Assembly (NCBI GenBank): GCA_043756865.1
Contig: JAYUQG010000024.1
Location: forward strand, 27,259 to 91,258
From: a bacterium
GTDB taxonomy: Bacteria; Patescibacteriota; Minisyncoccia; Phycocordibacterales; UBA6899
Reading direction: 5' to 3'
Length of the DNA stretch: 64,000 nucleotides
Shown piece by piece: positions 56,891 through 64,000 of this stretch; the first letter of the stretch is position 1; every line of letters begins with the position of its first letter. Made by a program: the position numbers and the translations under genes. The notes under the pieces are model-generated. The model had not been told where the DNA came from and ran no database searches. It saw nothing but the letters and a program-made list of their open reading frames with translations.

Positions 56891-58018
56891 ATGATGTGTG
56901 CAATGCTAAATGCCTTTGAAAAGATTCTTGCAAAACTACTTCCCAAAAAAGGAACCGGTGCCGTTGTGGGTGTCGATATTGGGAGTTCGTTTATTAAGGC
57001 TGTGCAGTTGCACAAAAAAGCAGGCAAGGCCGTGCTTGATACCTATGGCGAAATTGCCCTCGGACCACTTGCGGGACTTGAGGTAGGACAGGCCACCAAT
57101 CTTTCCGCCGACAAACTGGCAGATGCAATCAAAGATCTTTTTGTAGAAGCAAAGATTGTAAGCCGTGATGTTGTCTTTTCGCTCCCGCTTACATCGACAC
57201 TTGTCACCGTAATTGAAATGCCTGACCTCGGTGAATCAAAACTCAAAGAGATGATTCCTCTTGAGGCACGCAAGTATATTCCCACCTCAGTTTCAGAGGT
57301 GTCACTTTCGCACTGGATTATTCCTCGCCTTGTCCGCTCATATGTAGACCCTGATGTCGAAGATGCCCAAAAGCGTTCTGCGCCCAAAGTTGATGTGCTT
57401 TTGGCTGCGGTGCACAACGATGTGCTTGCAAAATATAGCGACATCGCGAAAAAGGTTGGGGCAACCACCGTCACATTTGAGATTGAGATTTTTTCTACCA
57501 TTCGCTCTACTATGGGGCGCGATACTGCCGCTACGATGATTGTCGACATAGGTGCCGCAAACACAAAAGTAGCTGTTATCGAAGAGGGAATCGTGCGAAG
57601 CTCTAACCTCTTTAATGTCGGTTCACAGGATGTCACATTGGCACTCTCCCGATCAAAAGGCATTTCAATTCTTCAAGCAGAGGAGATTAAGCGTGAATTT
57701 GGGCTCCCTGGAGATCCTTCCGACCCTGCAGTTTCCGAAATAACCCGCCTTGCTGTTGAGCGTATTTTCGCCGAAGCAAATCGCGTCCTCATCAGGTATC
57801 AGCACGATAAGCGTGTTTCAATTGGCAAGGTTATACTCACGGGCGGAGGTGCAATGATGAAGGGGATTATGGATCTTGCGCGCACGAGCTTTGAAACAAC
57901 CGTGGTGTATGGCAATGCTTTTGAAAAGGTAGAAGCACCCGCGGTTCTTGAGCCCTTACTGAAAGAAGCAGGTCCCGAGTTTGCTGTTGCAATCGGCCTC
58001 GCCCTTCGCAAGCTTTAG
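56891..58018 (+). CDS. pilM: type IV pilus assembly protein PilM (actin-like ATPase)
   Basis: VVGVDIGSSFIKAVQL N-terminal actin-fold phosphate-1 motif, and the C-terminal ILTGGGAMMKGI motif. 375 aa, the first gene of the pilMNO block. Confidence 0.7.
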   Translation: MMCAMLNAFEKILAKLLPKKGTGAVVGVDIGSSFIKAVQLHKKAGKAVLDTYGEIALGPLAGLEVGQATNLSADKLADAIKDLFVEAKIVSRDVVFSLPLTSTLVTVIEMPDLGESKLKEMIPLEARKYIPTSVSEVSLSHWIIPRLVRSYVDPDVEDAQKRSAPKVDVLLAAVHNDVLAKYSDIAKKVGATTVTFEIEIFSTIRSTMGRDTAATMIVDIGAANTKVAVIEEGIVRSSNLFNVGSQDVTLALSRSKGISILQAEEIKREFGLPGDPSDPAVSEITRLAVERIFAEANRVLIRYQHDKRVSIGKVILTGGGAMMKGIMDLARTSFETTVVYGNAFEKVEAPAVLEPLLKEAGPEFAVAIGLALRKL

Positions 58019-58236
58019 CGCGGTGTGCAAATCACTTGATTAGTACCTACCACCACAAAAGTTAATCCGTCGCTCGCGGCATATTTCTTGTGCGTATTTG
58101 GTCCACCGATGAACAGTTTTATATCCTGCCATAACCCGTTTGTTCGAGATTGGACCTCAATATGGCCCACAATAACTCCGACTGTTCACAACTCTGCTCG
58201 CCATACAGAGAAATATCTTGTAAAATATTATGAGGA

Positions 58237-58953
58237 ATGGATAAATCATTCGAGACATCTTTCATGCCGAAGCAGCCACTTTTGAGAGTGGAGGGTGTTT
58301 CGCGTCGCCGAGAACCAGTAAATCTAGCGATGGTCATGGCGCTTATTGTCTTTTTTGTGACTCTCGCCGTAAGTGGGGGTATTTATTTTTACAAACTTCA
58401 GGTAGACAAGCGCGTGGTTGCACGTGCGATGGAGCTTGAGGCCGCAGAAAAACTCCTTGATATAGATGAAATTGAGCTCTACAAGCGTATTGATACCCGC
58501 ATTGACACAGCTAAAAGCCTCCTCGAGAATCACACCGTGTTTACCGTTGTCTTAAATTTACTCGAGGAGAGCTCCGCGCAAAATATTGGACTGACCTCAC
58601 TCAGCTATTCCAAGGACAAACAAACATTTGTCCTCACGCTTAGCGCACAGGCAACAAGCTATGGAGCAGTGTATTTTCAGGCAAACGCATGGCGCAGTAT
58701 GGCTCCGCTTGTTACAGATGTAAAAGTTGAAAGCCTCACACTTGATGACACCTCAGGAATCGTTTCTTTTGCCGGTCGACTTGTGGTTGATGCAGGACTT
58801 ACCAAGTACGGACGACTGCTGGAGTCAGAGCGAATGGTACGAGAGCGTGCTGCGGCCGCAGTACCAGTCACTCCACCTTCCACGGGCGCAATCACGCCAG
58901 TCACGTCACCATTTCCCACCCCTGTTACACCCCCAGTGAAACCAAAGCCATGA
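58237..58953 (+). CDS. pilN: PilN-like pilus assembly protein
   Basis: Single N-terminal TM, then a coiled-coil and periplasmic domain. Pro/Thr-rich C-terminus. Position between pilM and pilO. GAGGAA ribosome-binding site. Confidence 0.45.
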   Translation: MDKSFETSFMPKQPLLRVEGVSRRREPVNLAMVMALIVFFVTLAVSGGIYFYKLQVDKRVVARAMELEAAEKLLDIDEIELYKRIDTRIDTAKSLLENHTVFTVVLNLLEESSAQNIGLTSLSYSKDKQTFVLTLSAQATSYGAVYFQANAWRSMAPLVTDVKVESLTLDDTSGIVSFAGRLVVDAGLTKYGRLLESERMVRERAAAAVPVTPPSTGAITPVTSPFPTPVTPPVKPKP

Positions 58954-59513
58954 GCAGATACATTATTCCAATTTTCTTAACGATTATTGCTTCTGCCATG
59001 TATGTGGTGTATCTCGACGCAACTTATCAGCAAATTCAAGTACAGCTTGCAAAAGAGCAAGAACTGCTTACTTATCTTGCAGATGCCAAGGATGCCCGCG
59101 ACAAACTTGATAAAATTGCTGCAGAATATGAAGCGTTTCCTGCAAATGCTGATGAACGCTTGAACGTCATGCTTCCTGACACTATTGACCCCGTGAAACT
59201 CATTGTTGACGTGAATGACGTAGTAGAAAAGCACGGCATGATAGCAAAGAACCCAAGCGTCAGCATGGAATCCGAAGACCCAAAAAATCCCGGAAAATAC
59301 CGCAAGTCAACAATCAGTTTTGGCGTGAGTGCAACATACCCTGGATTCCGTACATTTCTGCGCGCACTGGAGTCGTCACTTGCGCTGCGTGACTTCAGCG
59401 ATGTCTCGTTCACCGCCAATGCTTCAGCGTCAGGGGCAGGACCGGCACAAGTAAGGCCAGAATTTGTTGTATATGAGTACACGGTGATTGTCAGTAGTTA
59501 TTCACTTAAGTAG
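58950..59513 (+). CDS. pilO: PilO-like pilus assembly protein
   Basis: N-terminal TM and a coiled-coil (QQIQVQLAKEQELL). Overlaps the pilN stop (ATGA). Confidence 0.45.
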   Translation: MSRYIIPIFLTIIASAMYVVYLDATYQQIQVQLAKEQELLTYLADAKDARDKLDKIAAEYEAFPANADERLNVMLPDTIDPVKLIVDVNDVVEKHGMIAKNPSVSMESEDPKNPGKYRKSTISFGVSATYPGFRTFLRALESSLALRDFSDVSFTANASASGAGPAQVRPEFVVYEYTVIVSSYSLK

Positions 59514-59518
59514 ACATC

Positions 59519-59950
59519 ATGGGAAAACAAATAATGATAGACATACTTGTCGTCCTCGCCGTTCCAGTCATTCTGATTGGGGGTTTCTACTTTTGGAAAA
59601 CAGACGACGGTGCACTGCTCTCACTGCTCTCTCCTGATGTGACCTTGCCGGGGGACGAGGGGAAAGAACTTGGCGCTAAAACGAAGCTTGCGCTGACAAC
59701 CCTCGGTTCCATTGATTTTGATGAGTCGTTTTTCCGTAACGAGGCATTTATGACATTGAATGACCTCACGGCGACGGTCGCCACGACGTCTCTCGGTCGC
59801 GAATACCCGTTTACTTCTCCTGATGTAATTGTGAATTTAATGAAGAAGGCTAAACCGGGAGTACCCATCACTACACCCAAGGTCACTCCCGCTAATGCTT
59901 CTGTCGGTATAGACAACATTAAGACAGGGTTAACTCCAAAACCCAAGTAG
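59519..59950 (+). CDS. hypothetical membrane-anchored protein in pilus operon (PilP-position)
   Basis: N-terminal TM. Small soluble domain ending Pro/Lys-rich. Confidence 0.35.
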   Translation: MGKQIMIDILVVLAVPVILIGGFYFWKTDDGALLSLLSPDVTLPGDEGKELGAKTKLALTTLGSIDFDESFFRNEAFMTLNDLTATVATTSLGREYPFTSPDVIVNLMKKAKPGVPITTPKVTPANASVGIDNIKTGLTPKPK

Positions 59951-60117
59951 ACCCACTACGCGCAGTGCAACTGCGACTTTTTCACAAAAACGGTTTCAAC
60001 TTGGGCCGTTTTTTGTTACCATTGAAGCATAGGCGATGTTTGAGACGGCAACAGAAGCACCATGACACGAGTATTTATACCATTTGATTATTCATCACAC
60101 ATTCCTCATCGAGGTGC

Positions 60118-61884
60118 GTGTGCACACATACTTTCTGCATGAGTTTTGTCCTTTTTCTTGCACAAAAAGGTTTATTTCGTGAGGAAGATGTTCCCACACT
60201 TTCCGCTCAGGCCGAAAGTGCACTCGGGGGACTTGATGAAATACTCCAAAAAGGGGGAATGACTGGCGAGCAGATACTCACCCTGAAAGGTGAATACTTT
60301 GGATTACCTGCGCGTGCACTTGAGGGGCACAAAGTGCTTGTTGAAGTGCTCAAGTTTATACCCGAAGAATCAGCTCGGCATTATCAAATAGCTCCACTGT
60401 CAGTCGTCGACGCAGTGCTTGAGATAGGTATTGTAGACCCTGATATGCCTGGTGCGCGCGACGCAATTCAATTTATTGCCGCAAAGCTTGGTATGCCCTA
60501 CAAGCTTTATCTGATTACCCAACCGGAGTTCAATCTGATACTTGTACAGTACCAAAATCTTTCTGGCGAAGTGACTCAGGCACTCTCCGAGCTGAACACC
60601 GATGCAAACAAGGCCGCAGTAGAGGAAACAACTGCAGATACTGCGCAATCTGTTGAAACACACGAGCGCATCGAAGAGCGCGGAGGAGAGACAAAAATCG
60701 TTGAGGACGCCCCCGTTACAAAAATTGTTGCTGTTATTTTAAAGCATGCCGTGGAAGGAAATGCATCTGATGTGCACATTGAGCATACGGGTGAAAAAAT
60801 CCGCGTACGTTTTCGCGTGGATGGTGTGATGTACACCTCGCTCATTCTCCCAGCAAACATTCACAGTGCAGTAATTGCGCGTATTAAAATTCTCGCACAA
60901 CTAAAGCTTGACGAAAAACGCAAACCACAAGATGGTCGCTTTAGTGCACGCATGGACGGAAAGAAAGTGGATTTTCGCGTATCCACATTCCCTGCATATT
61001 ATGGCGAAAAGGTGGTGATGCGTATTTTGGATACTGGCAAAGGGGTCAAAACACTCGACATGATGGGACTCACTCCTGAACATTTGAAGCTCGTCCGAGA
61101 GGCAATTAACACTCCCTATGGACTCATACTGGTAACCGGACCGACGGGTTCGGGAAAGTCGACAACACTCTATTCGATGTTAAACGAGCTTGACCGCGAA
61201 AAGCGCAACGTCATCAGTCTTGAGGATCCAGTGGAATATAACATCCCTGGCGTTAATCAATCGCAGGTGCGACCGGAAATCGGCTATACATTTGCAAGTG
61301 GACTGCGCTCTATCTTACGTCAAGACCCTGACATTATCATGGTGGGAGAAATTCGTGACAAAGAGACGGCGCAGCTTGCCGTGCAGGCTGCACTCACGGG
61401 GCATTTAGTATTCTCCACGCTGCACACAAACAATGCTGCGGGTGTAATTCCACGTTTGATAGACATGGAGGTCGATCCGTACCTTATAGCACCCACACTT
61501 ATTATGGCGCTGGGTCAACGCCTTTTGCGCACTATGTGCCCGGAGTCAAAAAGTCCAATTCCACTTTCAGAAAGCATGAGGGTTATGATTGAAAAGCAGT
61601 TCTCCGATCTTCCACCGGCGGTGCGCGCGACACTTCCGATACCGAACGAAGTCTATGAGGCGGTTCCGTCACCCACGTGTCCGTCCGGCACGAAGGGGCG
61701 TACTGCGGTGTTTGAGTTTTTAAAAATGGACCGCGAACTTGAGCATGTGATTCTCACAAACCCCGTAGAGCAGGCTGTTTATGAAATGGCACGCTCGAAA
61801 GGGATGCTTACCATGAAAGATGACGCCATTGTAAAGGCATTTCGTGGCGTTATTCCTTTTGAGGAGGTCAATAATATCGTATAA
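60118..61884 (+). CDS. pilB: type IV pilus assembly ATPase PilB (GspE family)
   Basis: N-terminal GspII-like domain, Walker A GPTGSGKSTTLY, Asp box, Walker B and His box (HLVFSTLHTN), and a tetracysteine CPES...CPSG motif. Confidence 0.8.
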   Translation: MCTHTFCMSFVLFLAQKGLFREEDVPTLSAQAESALGGLDEILQKGGMTGEQILTLKGEYFGLPARALEGHKVLVEVLKFIPEESARHYQIAPLSVVDAVLEIGIVDPDMPGARDAIQFIAAKLGMPYKLYLITQPEFNLILVQYQNLSGEVTQALSELNTDANKAAVEETTADTAQSVETHERIEERGGETKIVEDAPVTKIVAVILKHAVEGNASDVHIEHTGEKIRVRFRVDGVMYTSLILPANIHSAVIARIKILAQLKLDEKRKPQDGRFSARMDGKKVDFRVSTFPAYYGEKVVMRILDTGKGVKTLDMMGLTPEHLKLVREAINTPYGLILVTGPTGSGKSTTLYSMLNELDREKRNVISLEDPVEYNIPGVNQSQVRPEIGYTFASGLRSILRQDPDIIMVGEIRDKETAQLAVQAALTGHLVFSTLHTNNAAGVIPRLIDMEVDPYLIAPTLIMALGQRLLRTMCPESKSPIPLSESMRVMIEKQFSDLPPAVRATLPIPNEVYEAVPSPTCPSGTKGRTAVFEFLKMDRELEHVILTNPVEQAVYEMARSKGMLTMKDDAIVKAFRGVIPFEEVNNIV

Positions 61885-61892
61885 TAAAACAT

Positions 61893-62294
61893 ATGCCCAA
61901 AGACACCATTAATTACAGTATTATAGTGATAGATGACGACTCGTTCTTGTTGGATATGTACGCACTAAAGTTTACCCAGCGAGGGTTTAAAGTCACCACA
62001 GCTTCGGGCACACTCGAGGCTTTAGATAAATTGCGTGCAGGTCTTACCCCAGACATCATTGTGGTTGATTTGGTGATGCCTGCAATGGATGGGTTTGAAT
62101 TTCTCGAAGCGGTAAAAACAGAAGGACTGGCAGAGGGCGCACTGGTCATCATTCTTTCAAATCTTGGGCAACAGGAGGACATCGACCGCGGACTACGTCT
62201 TGGTGCGGCGGGCTACATTATCAAAGCATCGGCAACACCCTCGGAGGTGGTCGAGAAGGTACTCGAGACGGTTCAGAAAAAACATAAAAAATAA
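61893..62294 (+). CDS. stand-alone response regulator receiver domain between pilB and pilT
   Basis: IVIDDD, the phospho-acceptor Asp in IIVVDLVMPAMDG, and the conserved Lys in GYIIKA. Confidence 0.7.
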   Translation: MPKDTINYSIIVIDDDSFLLDMYALKFTQRGFKVTTASGTLEALDKLRAGLTPDIIVVDLVMPAMDGFEFLEAVKTEGLAEGALVIILSNLGQQEDIDRGLRLGAAGYIIKASATPSEVVEKVLETVQKKHKK

Positions 62295-62300
62295 TTAGTT

Positions 62301-63368
62301 ATGTCAGCCGAATACAAAAAAGAGCTAGAAGATTTAGTACTCACGGTCATCCACGAGGGAGCATCTGACCTCCACTTAGTCGTTGGCAGACACCCCACGA
62401 TTCGTGTGTCGGGTGAACTGATTCCATTGGTCAAGAAACCTGTCCTTGAACCTGCTGACACAATTGGACTCCTCAAGGAGCTTATGGACGACGGGAGCTT
62501 CAAAATTTTTACCGACACAAAAGAAATCGACTTTTCTTTTTCATTTGGTAAAGAGGCGCGTTTTCGTGGAAACGGCTTTTTTCAAAAGGGAACTGCCGCA
62601 GCCGCACTCCGTCTTATTCCTAAGAAGATTAAAACGCTTCAAGAATTAGCACTTCCTCCTATACTGGAAATGTTTACCAAACGTAAACAAGGTTTCTTTT
62701 TGGTTGTGGGTCCGGTGGGTCAAGGTAAGTCAACTACCCTTGCATCAATGATTGAAATGGTGAATACAGAGCGCGCAGAAAATATCATTACGATTGAAGA
62801 TCCCATTGAGTACGTGTTTACCCCCGATCGTTCCATCATTAGTCAGCGCGAAGTACGTTTTGATACCGCAGATTTTCACGTCGCACTTCGCGCGTGTTTC
62901 CGTGAAGACGTGGACATCATTCTCATTGGTGAAATGCGCGGGCTCGACACCATCTCTACTGCAGTTACTGCTGCAGAAACAGGACACATGGTGTTTTCGA
63001 CACTCCACACAAACAACGCATCACAGACTATTGACCGCATTATCGACTCATTCCCCCCCGAGCAGCAGGATCAGATTCGTGTGCAGCTTTCGGGCTCTCT
63101 TGCGGGAATCTTCTCCCAGCGCCTTGTTCCGCGCATCTCAGGTGGTCTTGTGCCTGCATACGAATTGCTCATCAACAATAATGCTGTTGCAAACCTCATT
63201 CGTGAGCGCCGCACTCATGAAGTCCCGATGGTTATCGAGACAGGCTCTGAGCTTGGCATGATCGACATGAATCGTTCGCTCGCAGACCTTGTTCGTGCGG
63301 GTGAGATAACGGCAGAAAATGCATATCTGCATTCGTTTAATCCTCGCGCACTAGAACGGATGATATAA
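62301..63368 (+). CDS. pilT: twitching motility ATPase PilT
   Basis: Walker A GPVGQGKSTTL, Walker B DIILIGEMRG, His box HMVFSTLHTNNA. 355 aa. Confidence 0.8.
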   Translation: MSAEYKKELEDLVLTVIHEGASDLHLVVGRHPTIRVSGELIPLVKKPVLEPADTIGLLKELMDDGSFKIFTDTKEIDFSFSFGKEARFRGNGFFQKGTAAAALRLIPKKIKTLQELALPPILEMFTKRKQGFFLVVGPVGQGKSTTLASMIEMVNTERAENIITIEDPIEYVFTPDRSIISQREVRFDTADFHVALRACFREDVDIILIGEMRGLDTISTAVTAAETGHMVFSTLHTNNASQTIDRIIDSFPPEQQDQIRVQLSGSLAGIFSQRLVPRISGGLVPAYELLINNNAVANLIRERRTHEVPMVIETGSELGMIDMNRSLADLVRAGEITAENAYLHSFNPRALERMI

Positions 63369-63435
63369 CAAACCCACGCACTTCAGGTACTCGCATCCAC
63401 GGATGAGAAACTTGTAGCTTGTGACCTAGTACTGC

Positions 63436-64000
63436 CATGCTCTATAGATACAAAGCAATCGACCAAAATAACGGAGAGGAAAAGGTGGGCACCATCGAGG
63501 CGGCAACCGTTGATGTTGCCATAGCCGCACTCCAGCGCCGCAAGCTCATTATTGTTTCAATTGTTGCTGCAGACAACCTCCCCATCTGGGAGAAAGTGAT
63601 GTCGGTCGGGCATAAGGTCCCTTATCGTGACGTGGTGATTCTCTCTCGGCAGATTGCCACACTCTTTCATGCACAGGTTTCTGCGCTTCGCGTTTTTCAG
63701 CTCCTCGGTGTTGAGGCAGAAAATGAAACGTTAAAGCTGAGACTGAATGAAGTTGCTGAGGATATACAGGGTGGCATGTCGCTTTCGAGTGCACTCGGAA
63801 AACACTCCGACGTTTTTTCTGATTTTTATGTAAACATGGTACGCGCAGGAGAAGAATCAGGTAATCTTTCCAATACATTTAACTATCTTGCGGACTATTT
63901 AGACAGATCGTTTGAGCTTATCTCCAAGACACGCAATGCACTTATCTATCCGGCATTTGTTATTGTGGTGTTTATCATTGTGATGATCCTCATGCTTGTC
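63436..64000 (+). CDS. pilC: type IV pilus assembly protein PilC (GspF family), 3'-truncated by window end
   Basis: Manual translation: MLYRYKAIDQNNGEEKVGTIEAATVDVAIAALQRRKLIIV...ILSRQIATLFHAQVSALRVFQLL...FYVNMVRAGEESGNLSN. This is the T2SSF-domain pattern. Not in the ORF track because there is no in-window stop. Confidence 0.75.

Noticed and set aside
1-64000. CRISPR arrays, rRNA genes, transposases/integrases
   Set aside because: No regularly spaced direct repeats, no rRNA-like conserved stretches, and no DDE or tyrosine-recombinase motifs were seen in any frame.

Overview
This 64 kb window reads as a gene-dense stretch of a small-genome bacterium with roughly 50% GC. The content (below) is consistent with a CPR/Patescibacteria-like lineage, but that is only an inference. 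The translation signals visible in this window (ATG starts, TAA/TAG/TGA stops) are consistent with genetic code 11.

Recognisable housekeeping genes:
- Two MsbA-like ABC exporters, LexA, an EamA transporter, nadA-nadC with a divergent Mqo-like flavoprotein, SmpB with an adjacent one-piece tmRNA, FtsH, dut, RecG, a fatty-acid desaturase and a multicopper oxidase.
- A tRNA-Ile with the rare UAU anticodon and a tRNA-Ser(GCU).
- A complete type IV pilus/competence locus at the right end (ComF, PilM, PilN, PilO, PilB, a receiver domain, PilT, PilC running off the window).

The most interesting unexplained content:
- A tightly translationally coupled three-gene cassette at 15343-17670. It encodes a 483-aa uncharacterised protein, a minimal E1-like adenylyltransferase and a beta-grasp ubiquitin-like protein that ends RG-S rather than GG.
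- A minus-strand operon at 24115-27193 encoding a J-domain/Ser-Thr kinase fusion, a vWA protein and a truncated pyruvate-kinase-like barrel.
- Decayed 3'-end duplicates and perfect palindromes next to both the tmRNA and tRNA-Ser genes, which look like integrase scars.
- Tandem near-identical FIST-domain paralogs beside the multicopper oxidase.
- A gene with an in-frame TAG followed by an 80-codon open extension.

Functional calls rest on motifs read by eye. No database searches were run.
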